From: a virus
Reading direction: 5' to 3' (one strand)
IMG/VR virus record: IMGVR_UViG_3300013936_000003
Coordinates: 1 to 61,121 of that record
Length of the DNA: 61,121 nucleotides
Shown: positions 39,178 through 49,570 of the stretch, piece after piece
Layout: the number at the start of each line of letters is the position of its first letter
How positions within the stretch are numbered: position 1 is the stretch's first letter
The notes under the pieces: generated by a model
Told to the model about the DNA's origin: nothing
Database searches by the model: none
Seen by the model: only the letters and a program-made list of their open reading frames with translations
Translations under genes and position numbers: made by a program

Positions 39178-39837
39178 ATGGGAGACTTCAGCGACTGGGA
39201 TACCGACTGGGAGGGCATAGGCCGCCGCTACAAGAGCGACCACAAAATCGATGAGTGCGTCATCAAGCAGCGTGCAATGCGCCGCCGCCTGAAAAATGAC
39301 GAGCTGCACTTTAAGCGAGCCAAAGCGCTTGAGGACTTGTGCGACGAACCGAAGGAGGGCGAGCAGTGGCGCATAGTCACCGAGAAGCAGTTCAACGCAT
39401 ACGCCCTTATCCTTCACGTGCTTCAGACACGCAAAATCTCCGAGTTGTACCTCGCAGTGTACCGCATCAACGAACCCACCGTGGACGCCATCACTGAAAT
39501 GCTCGACAGCGGAAAAATCAAAAAGGCGACATTTATCATATCGTCTTTTTTCAATCAGACGAAGAAGCCAGAGCGCTGGGCAATCAAACTGAAGGACTAC
39601 TGCGACGCCCACCCGGCCAACACACGGCACTGCTACACGCACAACCACGCCAAGGTTGTGTGCATCAAGACGACAAAAAACGAGTTCTTTGTCTTTGAGG
39701 GCAGCGGCAACATGAGCGACAATGCCCGTGTAGAACAATACATATACGAGCGCTGCAAGGCCACCTATGACTTCCATAAGTCGTGGATGAGCGACCTTTG
39801 CACCGCAACAGAGAAAAAACGAAAGGAAGACAGATGA
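39178..39837 (+). CDS. PLD-family (HKD) nuclease-like protein
   Basis: HNHAKVVCIKTTKNEFFVFEGSGNMSDNA matches HxK(x)4D...GSxN. Confidence 0.7.
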   Translation: MGDFSDWDTDWEGIGRRYKSDHKIDECVIKQRAMRRRLKNDELHFKRAKALEDLCDEPKEGEQWRIVTEKQFNAYALILHVLQTRKISELYLAVYRINEPTVDAITEMLDSGKIKKATFIISSFFNQTKKPERWAIKLKDYCDAHPANTRHCYTHNHAKVVCIKTTKNEFFVFEGSGNMSDNARVEQYIYERCKATYDFHKSWMSDLCTATEKKRKEDR

Positions 39838-40388
39838 AAGCGAAAAAAGGCCCCAATCCCCCTCAGAACGTGCTCTTGACGCCCAAGCAGGAGCGGTTTT
39901 GCCAGTATTATGTCGAGTGTAACAACGCATCCGAGGCTTACCGCATGGCATACGATTGCAGCAAGAGCAAATGGCAGTCTGTTTGCGTGTCGGCCTCCAA
40001 GTTACTAAGAAACCCAAAAGTTGCGCTATTCATTGCACAACTCAAGGAGGAGGAGAAGCACAAGAGGGAAGCCGACAGGGCCAACGTGGAGCAGGTGCTG
40101 CTCGACATCGTCAACAACGACCCAGCAGACATGTTTTACAACGATGAGGCCACCGGCAAGCCGAGGCAGCGCACGCCGCTGCAGATGAGCAGACGGCAGC
40201 GCAACGCCATCAAGCGCATCGTCAATAACAGGGGCAGCATTACCATCGACTTCAACGACAAGACGGCGGCCGCTGCATTGCTGGCGAAGATGAACGCCTG
40301 GCTCTCGCCCACCGAGGTCAACATCGAGGGCGGCAATGAGGGCAAAGTGATAATGCTGGGCTTCGGCAAGAAGAAGGGCGATGAGTGA
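39834..40388 (+). CDS. terS: terminase small subunit
   Basis: LTPKQERFCQYYVECNNASEAYRMAY...SASKLLRNPKV. Confidence 0.85.
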   Translation: MKAKKGPNPPQNVLLTPKQERFCQYYVECNNASEAYRMAYDCSKSKWQSVCVSASKLLRNPKVALFIAQLKEEEKHKREADRANVEQVLLDIVNNDPADMFYNDEATGKPRQRTPLQMSRRQRNAIKRIVNNRGSITIDFNDKTAAAALLAKMNAWLSPTEVNIEGGNEGKVIMLGFGKKKGDE

Positions 40389-42402
40389 CGGGGCGCTGCA
40401 ACTGAACTGGCGGCAGCTGAACCCCAACGGCTTTCATCTGCTGAAGTATATGCAGGACGCTGACTTCCGCTTCATCGTGCTGTATGGCGGCTCGTCGAGC
40501 GGCAAGAGCTACTCTGTCGCTCAGATAACGCTCGTGATGACGCTCAGCGATGCGCAGAACACGCTTGTATTGCGCAAGGTGGGCGCATCAATCCAAAAGA
40601 CCATTTACGAGGATTTCCGCAACGCATGCCGTCAGCTGGGCATGGAGCGGTTTTTTATCTTCAGAATAAATTCAATCCGCTGCACCAACGGGGCACGCAT
40701 CGACTTCAGCGGCCTTGACGACCCGGAGAAAATAAAGGGTATCGCCAACTACAAGCGTGTGCTGATGGAGGAGCTGAGTGAGTTTGACGAGGTCGATTTC
40801 AAGCAAATCCGCAAGCGTCTGCGTGGCAAGAAGGGGCAGCAGATTATCGCAACCTTTAACCCTATCCAGGAGACGCACTGGATTAAGCGGGGGTGGCTGG
40901 ACAAGGAGAAGTGGCACGACGTGCCTCAAGTGGTCGAACTTGCCGAGGATGACGTGCCCGAAGAGCTGACGGCAGTTAAGAGCATAAGAGTTAACAGCGT
41001 CAAGCACATTTTTAATCCCCGGACAAAAAAGGTCGAAGACCACGCCCCCGACACCGTGGTTATCCAGTCGACATACCTCAACAACTTTTGGGTTGTCGGC
41101 TCGCCTGATGGCGAGTATGGCTTCTATGACAGCCAGTGCGTGGCCGACTTCGAGAACGACAAGGTCAACGATCCTGACTACTACCAGGTGTACGCCCTTG
41201 GCGAGTGGGGCGTGATACACACGGGCAGCGAGTTTTTCGGCTCGTTCAGAGTGGCCGACCACACCGCCGTTGTGCGCTTCGACCCGGCGCTGCCCGTGCA
41301 TATTTCCGTCGACAACAACGTGCTGCCGTATATCTCGTGCTCGTTTTGGCAAATCAGCACCGAGGGCGGCACAACTGAGATAAGGCAATGGGAGGAGACG
41401 GCTGCGAGGACGCCCAACAACACCGTGCGCCGCTCGGCACGGCTCATCGCCGACAAGCTGCACCGCTTCAACGTGGCCGAGGTCTACCTCCACGGTGATG
41501 CCTCAACGAGGGCGGCAAACACGATAGACGAGAGCAAGCGCAGCTGGCTTGACCTCTTCATCGCCTCGCTCAATGCCCGTGGCGTCAACGTTATAGACTG
41601 CGTGGGCGTTAAAAATCCGCCCGTGCCGCTGTCGGGAGAGTTCATCAACGCCATCTTCGACGGGGCGATCGAGGGAGCAAAAATCATTATCGGCTCACGC
41701 AACAGCACGTGCATAGAGGACTATCAGGCCGTGCAGAAGGACGCCAACGGCGCCATCCTCAAGACCAAGGTCAAGGATAAGATGAGCGGGCAGAGCTACG
41801 AGCAGCACGGCCACTTCAGCGACACATTCCGCTATCTCGTGTGTGATGTGCTTCAAGACGATTTCATAAGATTTTCAAACCGCCGCAAGCGCAACCTGTA
41901 TGCCCAGGCTGGAGCGGTCAACTTCTACAACCCTGCCGCTGCGTGCGAGTATGGCCGGCACGTGTATTATTTCACGCCCAACCTCAACGGGCGCTTTATC
42001 CTCGTCCACGGCGCTGAGATGGGCGGAAAGTGGCACATCGTGGATGTTGTCTTCCGGCTCACCGAGAGCACGGGCGAGGTGGCCGATGCAATCACGCAAG
42101 GGGTTGACGGCGACTACGTGGTTGAGTGCTCACCGGCTTACTACCCGCTCGTGCGGCAGCTGCGAGAGGAGACAGGACGATTTATACGCATAGCCAAATT
42201 GCGTGGCGACTACGACCGCCGCATAGCTGCGACGAGCGACTACGTGCGAGATAGCATCTTGTTCAACGGCGACAAGATGGCCGACAACGCCGAATACGGC
42301 GGCTTCATGAACAACCTCCTTGACTATGGAGCGAACAGCGAGAGCGTGGAGGCCAGCGCAATCATGAGCGGATTTGCCGCATTCGTAATAAAACCGAATT
42401 AG
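40381..42402 (+). CDS. terL: terminase large subunit
   Basis: Walker A LYGGSSSGKS; 673 aa; sits between terS and the portal gene. Confidence 0.9.
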   Translation: MSDGALQLNWRQLNPNGFHLLKYMQDADFRFIVLYGGSSSGKSYSVAQITLVMTLSDAQNTLVLRKVGASIQKTIYEDFRNACRQLGMERFFIFRINSIRCTNGARIDFSGLDDPEKIKGIANYKRVLMEELSEFDEVDFKQIRKRLRGKKGQQIIATFNPIQETHWIKRGWLDKEKWHDVPQVVELAEDDVPEELTAVKSIRVNSVKHIFNPRTKKVEDHAPDTVVIQSTYLNNFWVVGSPDGEYGFYDSQCVADFENDKVNDPDYYQVYALGEWGVIHTGSEFFGSFRVADHTAVVRFDPALPVHISVDNNVLPYISCSFWQISTEGGTTEIRQWEETAARTPNNTVRRSARLIADKLHRFNVAEVYLHGDASTRAANTIDESKRSWLDLFIASLNARGVNVIDCVGVKNPPVPLSGEFINAIFDGAIEGAKIIIGSRNSTCIEDYQAVQKDANGAILKTKVKDKMSGQSYEQHGHFSDTFRYLVCDVLQDDFIRFSNRRKRNLYAQAGAVNFYNPAAACEYGRHVYYFTPNLNGRFILVHGAEMGGKWHIVDVVFRLTESTGEVADAITQGVDGDYVVECSPAYYPLVRQLREETGRFIRIAKLRGDYDRRIAATSDYVRDSILFNGDKMADNAEYGGFMNNLLDYGANSESVEASAIMSGFAAFVIKPN

Positions 42403-42535
42403 TGCTATTTTTTATCTTAAAGTGTTGATTATTAGTTATGTGGCGGCAGTTGCCCGAGATGGGTGATTGCCGCAATTTTTGCGTTTTTGCGCAACTGCTT
42501 GCAATCGTAATTATTTTTGCATCAAACGACGACCG

Positions 42536-44002
42536 ATGAATTTAATTGACAAGATATTAGGGCGTGCGCCCGAGACCAAGAGCGTTGATGTGGTGCCGAC
42601 AAGCGGCAGCACATCAGCCCGTGCACGCTATATCGGCGAGATATTCAGCGACCTCACAAGGCCGCTCGTTGTCGGCAGCAACTTCATGACGCTGTTTCGC
42701 ACAATCCCCGAAGTCTACTGGCCCATCGACTACATAGCGAGCCGCATAGCAGGTGCCAACTATGTGGTGAGGCGTGCGAGCGATGACAGCGTGGTGTGGC
42801 GCAGCTCGCATCCGATGAACAAGATATTGAGCAATCCCAACTGTCTGCAAGGCTGGCAGGAGCTGGTCTACCAGCACTTCGTCTACCGCCTCAGCACCGG
42901 CAACGCCTATATGCGTGCCGCCATGGGCAACATCTTGAGCCACGCCAACAAGTTTAGGATGTGCAAAAATTTTTGGTCGCTGCCGAGCGAGTACGTGGAC
43001 ATCGTGCCGGCCTATAACGGCTACGACATTCCGATTTTCGGTATTGCCGAGCTTGAGGACATCATCGAGGGATACCGGGTCAACTACGGCTCGCTGTCCA
43101 CGCTCGAGATACCGGCGTGGCAGGTGTGGCACGACAGAGATGGCGAGATAGACTATGTCAACGGCGCTGGCTTCCTCAAGGCCCACAGCCGCCTCGAGTC
43201 GTTGCGTAAGCCGATAAGCAACCTCATTGCCGTGTACGAAGCCCGAAACATCATCTACATCAAGCGTGGCGGCCTCGGCTTCCTTGTGTCGCAGATGCAG
43301 GATGAGGCCGGCACAGTGGCGATGACGCCGAAGCAGAAGCAGGAGCTGCTCGACCAGGTCAACAGCTACGGCGTGACCGAGGACAAGGTGTCGCCAATTG
43401 GCGTGACGAGCGTGCCTGTGAAGTTTGAGCGCATCAATATGAGCATCTCAGAACTTCAGCCATTCGACGAGACTCTGCTCGACGCCATCAGCATAGCCGC
43501 CGCCTACGGCATCCCCAGCGTGCTTGTGCCCCGAAAGGACCAGGCGACATTTGCCAACCAGGCCACGGCTGAGAAGACCGTTTATCACGGCATGGTGATA
43601 CCGACCGCCAAGCGGTTTTGCAAGGATTTGACGGCCTTCCTCGGGCTTGACGAGAGCGGCTATTACCTCGACTGCGACTTCGACGAGGTGGACTGCTTGC
43701 AGACCGGGCGCAAGGAGGCCGAGGAGGTGAAGAAACTTGTCAACGACAGATGCTCCGCTCAATTTGACAAGGGCCTCATAACCCTCAACGACTGGCGGGC
43801 ACAGATTGGCGAGGACATGGTGGCCGATGACGAGCTGCCGCTCTTCAGCAAACTCAAGTGGCAGATGACCGATGAGGAGTTGAACGAGGTCAAGAGAGTT
43901 TTCAACAACATAACTGAAAATAGTAGTAACAATAACAACCCCAGTGAAGATGAACAACAGAGGACAACAGAGGGAGACGCTTTACAAGACGAAAGCGTAT
44001 GA
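42536..44002 (+). CDS. portal protein
   Basis: Size and position; MNLIDKILGR start inside track ORF 42467. Confidence 0.85.
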   Translation: MNLIDKILGRAPETKSVDVVPTSGSTSARARYIGEIFSDLTRPLVVGSNFMTLFRTIPEVYWPIDYIASRIAGANYVVRRASDDSVVWRSSHPMNKILSNPNCLQGWQELVYQHFVYRLSTGNAYMRAAMGNILSHANKFRMCKNFWSLPSEYVDIVPAYNGYDIPIFGIAELEDIIEGYRVNYGSLSTLEIPAWQVWHDRDGEIDYVNGAGFLKAHSRLESLRKPISNLIAVYEARNIIYIKRGGLGFLVSQMQDEAGTVAMTPKQKQELLDQVNSYGVTEDKVSPIGVTSVPVKFERINMSISELQPFDETLLDAISIAAAYGIPSVLVPRKDQATFANQATAEKTVYHGMVIPTAKRFCKDLTAFLGLDESGYYLDCDFDEVDCLQTGRKEAEEVKKLVNDRCSAQFDKGLITLNDWRAQIGEDMVADDELPLFSKLKWQMTDEELNEVKRVFNNITENSSNNNNPSEDEQQRTTEGDALQDESV

Positions 44003-45011
44003 CATCAAGGCCGACGACGTTGATGTGGAGAAGGGTATAGTCACCGTCGCAGTCAACGGCATAGGCGTGGAGGACAGCCAGCACGACATATCGATGCCCG
44101 GATCGTTCACCAAGACGCTCAACGAAAATATGAAGCGCATGAAGTGGCTCTACAACCACGACGTGCACAACGACATTGGCGTGCCCATCAGCGGCGAGGA
44201 GAAGGACGGCAATCTGTATATGACGGGCAAGCTCTATGACACCCAGCAGAGCCGTGACATCTTGAACAAGTACAAGGTCAACGCCGAGCTCGGCAAGACG
44301 CTGGAGCACTCGATAGGCGTGCAGGCCGTTAAGCGTGACAAGGCCGACCGCCGCAAGGTGCTGGAGTGGAAGATGTTCGAGTATTCGACACTCTCGTTTT
44401 TGGGTGCCAACCCCGAGACTTATCTTGTGAGCATCAAGGAGGCCACGCCGCAGAAGGTGAAGGAGCAAATCGACTACCTCCAGGCACTGATGAAGGAGCG
44501 GGGCTTCAGCGATGACGCATTGAAAGGATTTGACATGAACATGCAATTATTACTCAAGGCCCTCAACGGGGGCGAGATAGTGACCTGTCCGCACTGCGGC
44601 GTCTCGTTTGACTACAACGAGCAGCAGCCGCACACCTACACGCAGGAGGTGCTCGACAGGGCGACGGCATATCTCGGCTGGATAACCGACGATGCCGTGT
44701 ACAACGAGATGAGCGCTTTGGCTCCCGAAATACAGGAGCGAGTGAGCGAAATCATATCGGCCGCAAAGGCCAACAAGGGCGAGCTGACCGAAAAGGCCAT
44801 CACCGATCTCGCCGAGTATGTGTTCTGCCCCCACTGCTGGGGCAAGGTTTACAAAAATGACAAATTGATGCAAGTCTCCGCAGCCGATGAGGCCGCTGAG
44901 CCGTCCGAGGACACTCAGCTTGAAAAGGCCGATGAGGCGAAGGAGAAGGAAGCCGCCGACGAGGGCACTTCCTTTTGGAGCGGCATGAATGAAATATTAA
45001 CGCAAAAGTGA
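43950..45011 (+). CDS. HK97-type prohead protease with a C-terminal CPHC zinc-ribbon extension
   Basis: GVEDSQHDISMPGSFTKTL...KWLYNHD...EHSIGV. Confidence 0.8.
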   Translation: MNNRGQQRETLYKTKAYDIKADDVDVEKGIVTVAVNGIGVEDSQHDISMPGSFTKTLNENMKRMKWLYNHDVHNDIGVPISGEEKDGNLYMTGKLYDTQQSRDILNKYKVNAELGKTLEHSIGVQAVKRDKADRRKVLEWKMFEYSTLSFLGANPETYLVSIKEATPQKVKEQIDYLQALMKERGFSDDALKGFDMNMQLLLKALNGGEIVTCPHCGVSFDYNEQQPHTYTQEVLDRATAYLGWITDDAVYNEMSALAPEIQERVSEIISAAKANKGELTEKAITDLAEYVFCPHCWGKVYKNDKLMQVSAADEAAEPSEDTQLEKADEAKEKEAADEGTSFWSGMNEILTQK

Positions 45012-45024
45012 AAATTTTTCAATC

Positions 45025-46545
45025 ATGAACGAGGAAATGAAAAAAGAGCAAGAGAAGTTCATGGCTTCTCTTGAGACAAAAATGAATGAAGTGATTGACG
45101 GCCGTGTGAAGGGTCTTATGACCGCTGACGAGGCCGCCAAGCAAATCAAGGACGCTCTTGCCGGCGCTACCGGCGAGCAGGCGAAAGTCGTGAAGGAGCT
45201 GACCGACAGCGTGGCCGCCCTCAACGACAAAATCGCCAAGATGGAGCAGAAGGGCATAGACGTGCAGACCCCGATGAGCAACTTCGACAAGAAGCTCAAC
45301 GAGATGTTTGACTCGCCAAAGTTCAAGGAGTTCCAGGACGGCCTCAGCCGCCGCTCTGGCTCATTCGGCGGTTTTTCGCTGAAGGACATCGTGAGCATGA
45401 CCAGCAACTACACCGGCGACGTGCTTATCTCTGAGCAACAGGACAAGGTGGTGTCGAAGTATGCCAACAAGAAGCTGCACATGCGTGACATTTTGACCAC
45501 CGTACAGGGCGATCCCAACTATCCCCAGCTCGCTTATGCTGAGGTGAGCGCCCTCGACCGCAACGCACGCTACGTGTCTGAGAACGGCACACTGCCCGAG
45601 TCGATGGTGTCGTGGAAGGAGAACAACGTGTCGACCAAGCGCATCGGCACGCACATCAAGATTTCCAAGCGCATGCTTAAATCTCGTGTGTATGTCCGCT
45701 CGTATGTGCTGGCAATGCTGCCCGAGGCTGTGCGCATGGCCGAGGACTGGAACATCCTCTTTGGCGACGGCACCGGCGACAACTTCGAGGGTATCGCCAA
45801 CAAGGCTGGCGTGGAGAGCGTTGAGTCTATTGTCGGCTCCGCAGTTTCAACAGGCGTGGCCGGAGCGGTATTGAGCGCAAAGAAGTACAACAACGGCAAG
45901 GCCGCACTCATCGAGTTCAAGGATGCACACCCCGAGATACTCGACGGCATGAAGATTACCTTCGCCGCTGCTGTGACCAACACCGGCCTCAACGCAACGC
46001 ATGATGTGATTAAGGTCAACGACCGCCAAATCCTTGTTGCTGTTACAATGTCCGCTGACGAGGCTGATGCCGGCAAACTGACCTTCACCGTCAACAACAG
46101 CGCCTTCAAGAGCATAGAGTCGCCCAACAGCCTTGATGTCATCAAGACTGCTTTCGCCGTGATGAACTATGCTCAGTATACCCCCACCGCCATCATCCTC
46201 AACCCCATTACTGTTAATGCAATTGAGGCTGAGAAGGACACGACCGGCCGCAATCTCGGCCTCGTGGTTGGCGCAAACGGGGTGAAGAGCATTGCCGGAC
46301 GCCCCATCGTGGAGTATAGCGGCATTCCTGCCGGCAAGTATCTGCTCGGCGACTTCTCAATCAACGGCGCATCGCTCGTTGATTACACCTCGCTCTCGCT
46401 TGAGTGGGCCGAGGACGTGAACACCAAGCTGACCAACAGCATTGAGCTGATTGCTCAGGAAGAGGTGATTTTCCCGATTTATAATCCTTGGGCATTCGCC
46501 TACGGCGACCTCGCAGCCCTGAAGACAGCGATTAAGAAGGCATGA
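45025..46545 (+). CDS. major capsid protein (HK97 fold, N-terminal delta/scaffold coiled coil)
   Basis: Position after the protease; 506 aa; coiled-coil N-terminus. Confidence 0.85.
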   Translation: MNEEMKKEQEKFMASLETKMNEVIDGRVKGLMTADEAAKQIKDALAGATGEQAKVVKELTDSVAALNDKIAKMEQKGIDVQTPMSNFDKKLNEMFDSPKFKEFQDGLSRRSGSFGGFSLKDIVSMTSNYTGDVLISEQQDKVVSKYANKKLHMRDILTTVQGDPNYPQLAYAEVSALDRNARYVSENGTLPESMVSWKENNVSTKRIGTHIKISKRMLKSRVYVRSYVLAMLPEAVRMAEDWNILFGDGTGDNFEGIANKAGVESVESIVGSAVSTGVAGAVLSAKKYNNGKAALIEFKDAHPEILDGMKITFAAAVTNTGLNATHDVIKVNDRQILVAVTMSADEADAGKLTFTVNNSAFKSIESPNSLDVIKTAFAVMNYAQYTPTAIILNPITVNAIEAEKDTTGRNLGLVVGANGVKSIAGRPIVEYSGIPAGKYLLGDFSINGASLVDYTSLSLEWAEDVNTKLTNSIELIAQEEVIFPIYNPWAFAYGDLAALKTAIKKA

Positions 46546-46727
46546 CAAAGTTCATCATTGAGGGCGAAGACCTCTCCAAAGTGATACAGGAGAACCGCAT
46601 ACGCATCGAGCGTGGGACAATCAAGTTCACCAGGCTCGATGATGCGGACGACTCCAAGGAGGTGGCGGCTGCGGACACCAAGGCCGTTGCCGGAAATGAT
46701 GAAAAGACCCCCAAGCAAAAGAAGTGA
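46542..46727 (+). CDS. small head-associated protein
   Basis: ORF 61 aa, ATGA coupling. Confidence 0.55.
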   Translation: MTKFIIEGEDLSKVIQENRIRIERGTIKFTRLDDADDSKEVAAADTKAVAGNDEKTPKQKK

Positions 46728-47230
46728 TGCTTATAGATGTTACATATTTCACCAGCGGCCCGAGGCAGATACTCAACGCCGCAGCCAACACCGCCCCTGC
46801 CGCTGCGCAAGGGCAGAACAGCAAGGCTGTGCGTGAGAGCATAGAGGGCTACATCGCCCACTATCAGCCGCTGTTTTTGCGGTCAATGCTGGGTGACAGC
46901 CTGGCCTCGGCCCTCGAAGACTACCTTGCCGATGCCGAGCCTATCGACAGCGATTTCGAGACTCTCGCTGCGTGGCTGAAGGAGCCGCTCGCTGATTACG
47001 TGTTCTTCCAAATTGTCGGAGACAGCAACCGCAAGGCCACCATTACCGGCCAAATGAAGCTGAAGAGCGCCAACAGCGTTGTGGCACCAAACGTGATGCA
47101 GGTCAAGGTGTGGAACGAGATGGTGGAGAGTAACAAGAAACTCGTGGCGTGGGCGGCGACCGACGGCTGCCCCTTTCACATTACCATCGCTGAGGAGATG
47201 CTGACAACGATTAACGTTTTCGGATTATGA
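46724..47230 (+). CDS. head-tail connector protein (by position)
   Basis: ORF 168 aa, coupled. Confidence 0.6.
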   Translation: MMLIDVTYFTSGPRQILNAAANTAPAAAQGQNSKAVRESIEGYIAHYQPLFLRSMLGDSLASALEDYLADAEPIDSDFETLAAWLKEPLADYVFFQIVGDSNRKATITGQMKLKSANSVVAPNVMQVKVWNEMVESNKKLVAWAATDGCPFHITIAEEMLTTINVFGL

Positions 47231-47790
47231 GCAAGGATCACGAGATAGTTGAGATATTCCGTGATGTGGTGGCCGAGGTAGGCAAAGACCTGACCATTGA
47301 GGTCAACGGCGTTGAGGTGGCCAACCCCGACGTGAGCTACCTCTTTGGCAGCGGCCAATATTTCAAGGATAATTTGGACGAGCTGAGCCAGGGCGTGGAG
47401 GAGAACTCGACAAAGTTCCCCGTCATCTGCCTTTTCGCTCCGATTGTCGAAGACCGCAACGACCCCGAGTATTACAGCAAGGCTAAAGTCTCGTTGGTGA
47501 TTGCGTGCAGTTCGTCGCCAGTTTGGAGCAACCCGCAGCGTCTCGACTACTCGTTTCGCAAAGTTCTGCGGCCGATTTACCGCAGATTGATGCAAGTCTT
47601 GCAGTCTGACGACAGGTTCGATTGGGGTTACAAGCCAGTCCTCAAGCACTCGTACAGCGAAAATTACAGCTACGGGCGTTACGGGGCGGTCGACGAGCGG
47701 GGCGAGAGCGTCAGCGAGCCGATAGACGCCATCAACGTCACTAACTTAGAAATCAAAATCAATCAACCGCAAATTTGTTTACGAAAATGA
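47227..47790 (+). CDS. head-tail joining / tail completion protein (by position)
   Basis: ORF 187 aa, coupled. Confidence 0.6.
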   Translation: MSKDHEIVEIFRDVVAEVGKDLTIEVNGVEVANPDVSYLFGSGQYFKDNLDELSQGVEENSTKFPVICLFAPIVEDRNDPEYYSKAKVSLVIACSSSPVWSNPQRLDYSFRKVLRPIYRRLMQVLQSDDRFDWGYKPVLKHSYSENYSYGRYGAVDERGESVSEPIDAINVTNLEIKINQPQICLRK

Positions 47791-48629
47791 GACAAACACG
47801 CAAATGCACCTCGGGCGTTTTGAACACAGGTCAAAGCAAATGCCCGATAGAGATGAAGCACATCAAGGGTGCTATCATCGTAGAGCACGGAGTAACGCTG
47901 CCCGACAACCTCACCGGCGAGTCACTTGCCGAGGCTTGCCACGCAGACCGCCCCAACCGCCTCTACCCCATCATGACCTTTGTCGAGTACGCCAAGGACG
48001 GCGGCACTCCGCAAGTCAGCGCCGTGGGTTATGGCGGCAACCAGGTGAGCGCCTACAACGCACGCACCGACACTTTCACGCTCGACACGTACAGCGAGCA
48101 GCTGGCCGCACAGCTCAGCCGCACGATGAACACCAAGTACGACGCCTACTATTGGGACGAGCACAACAGGGTATATGGCATCCGCACCAGCGACGACAAG
48201 CTCGCCGGCTTCCCGATGTCGACCATCTATCCCGACCCAACCCCCCACCCGACTTCGGGCGACGTGGCCACTCTGACCGTCAACTTCTGCCACACCGATG
48301 CGCAGAAGAGCATCGAGGACTTCGACTACATCGAGCTCGACTTCAACCCGGCCGACTACGCCATGGGCCTTACGGAGGTCGAACTTGTGGAGACTGCGCA
48401 AAAGGGCAGTTGGAAGCTCGTCGAGAAAATCGGCGGCTACGACCTCACCGCCAAGTATGGCAATCTCATCGCCACCAACGCAACCGACGTCCTCACGGGC
48501 GCTACCGCTGTGACATATGAGGACGCGACCGAGACTCTCAAGGTGACCACTCCGAGCAGCGGCACTCCTGTGCTCAAGGCTCCCTCCGTGCTTTACGGCA
48601 AGGAGATTAAAGGCATTGAGCAGCGATGA
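47787..48629 (+). CDS. major tail protein (by position)
   Basis: ATGA coupling at 47787; 280 aa, upstream of the chaperone pair and the TMP. Confidence 0.65.
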   Translation: MRQTRKCTSGVLNTGQSKCPIEMKHIKGAIIVEHGVTLPDNLTGESLAEACHADRPNRLYPIMTFVEYAKDGGTPQVSAVGYGGNQVSAYNARTDTFTLDTYSEQLAAQLSRTMNTKYDAYYWDEHNRVYGIRTSDDKLAGFPMSTIYPDPTPHPTSGDVATLTVNFCHTDAQKSIEDFDYIELDFNPADYAMGLTEVELVETAQKGSWKLVEKIGGYDLTAKYGNLIATNATDVLTGATAVTYEDATETLKVTTPSSGTPVLKAPSVLYGKEIKGIEQR

Positions 48630-48790
48630 GGTTTGAGGGCGTGACATTCATCGACAGTGCATTGAGCGGCCTCACCAAGGCGCAGTTCATCAAGATGCAC
48701 ATCAACGCATTTTGGCTCGACCGCACACGTGAGGAGCGTGAGAAGATGCTCTCCGATGTTTACGATTTGATTTTCTCTAATCAGGCTTAA
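48626..48790 (+). CDS. 54-aa small protein (below the ORF-track cutoff)
   Basis: ATGA coupling; MRFEGVTFIDSALSGLTKAQF... Confidence 0.4.
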   Translation: MRFEGVTFIDSALSGLTKAQFIKMHINAFWLDRTREEREKMLSDVYDLIFSNQA

Positions 48791-48863
48791 ATAATTATTT
48801 TTTCTTTCATCACCTTCGGGGCTGGGGCAATGGCCTCAACCCCGATTTTTGTTTTTACCGAAA

Positions 48864-49385
48864 ATGGCAACAATCGATGAGATGGCCGACATTGTAGCAC
48901 AAGTCAGCAGAGGCACGGAGGCCGTGGTGCTCGATGCCATGGCAGCCAACACCAACATCATTTTGCGTGCGATACACGAGCAGCTGTACAGCGGCTTGAG
49001 CGGCACTGGTGCGTATCTGTCACCGACCTATCAGACCGACCCCTACTTTGACGAACCTGGGACGAACTGGTATCAGCGCAACGACGACTACCAGGCGTGG
49101 AAGGCGACCATCACGCCGCCCGAAACCTCAACGATGCTTGGACTTCCGCCGAGGCCGCTTGAGGTGCCGAACCTGTTCATCAACGGCAAATTCTACACCG
49201 GCCTCGTGGCCTATCAGGACAACACCGAGATAGCCGTGAGCGAGGGGCCCGACGACGGGGCGGCCATTGTAGCCAAGTGGGGGCGTGAGATTTTGACGCT
49301 GTCGCCACGGGCGGTAGACTACTTCAACGCCACAATCACGCTGCCGGCCATCGGGCGGTTTTTTTTGGAGAAAGGAGTGATATGA
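48864..49385 (+). CDS. tail assembly chaperone (G-like)
   Basis: Immediately upstream of the TMP; has a slippery T-run near its 3' end. Confidence 0.7.
   Translation: MATIDEMADIVAQVSRGTEAVVLDAMAANTNIILRAIHEQLYSGLSGTGAYLSPTYQTDPYFDEPGTNWYQRNDDYQAWKATITPPETSTMLGLPPRPLEVPNLFINGKFYTGLVAYQDNTEIAVSEGPDDGAAIVAKWGREILTLSPRAVDYFNATITLPAIGRFFLEKGVI
49361..49367 (+). promoter_or_regulatory. -1 programmed frameshift heptamer T_TTT_TTG (inside a T8 run)
   Basis: The -1 frame is open from here into ORF 49382..49570. Confidence 0.6.
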
Positions 49386-49570
49386 GCTGCGGATGCGAGA
49401 ACAACAAGAAGGCCAGCGACTACCTCAAGGCGGCGGGGCTGGCGAAGAAGTATGCCGTGATGCAGCAGTGCATCGTCGAGCTGCGCAAGTGCGCTGACGG
49501 CAGATATACGTTTAACCGCCGAGGCTCTGAGGGGCACGGCGAGATTGTCGAATTTATACACTATCTATAA
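49382..49570 (+). CDS. T-like extension of the tail chaperone (probably expressed as a G-T fusion)
   Basis: In the -1 frame relative to 48864..49385; ends 1 nt into the TMP start codon. Confidence 0.6.
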   Translation: MSCGCENNKKASDYLKAAGLAKKYAVMQQCIVELRKCADGRYTFNRRGSEGHGEIVEFIHYL

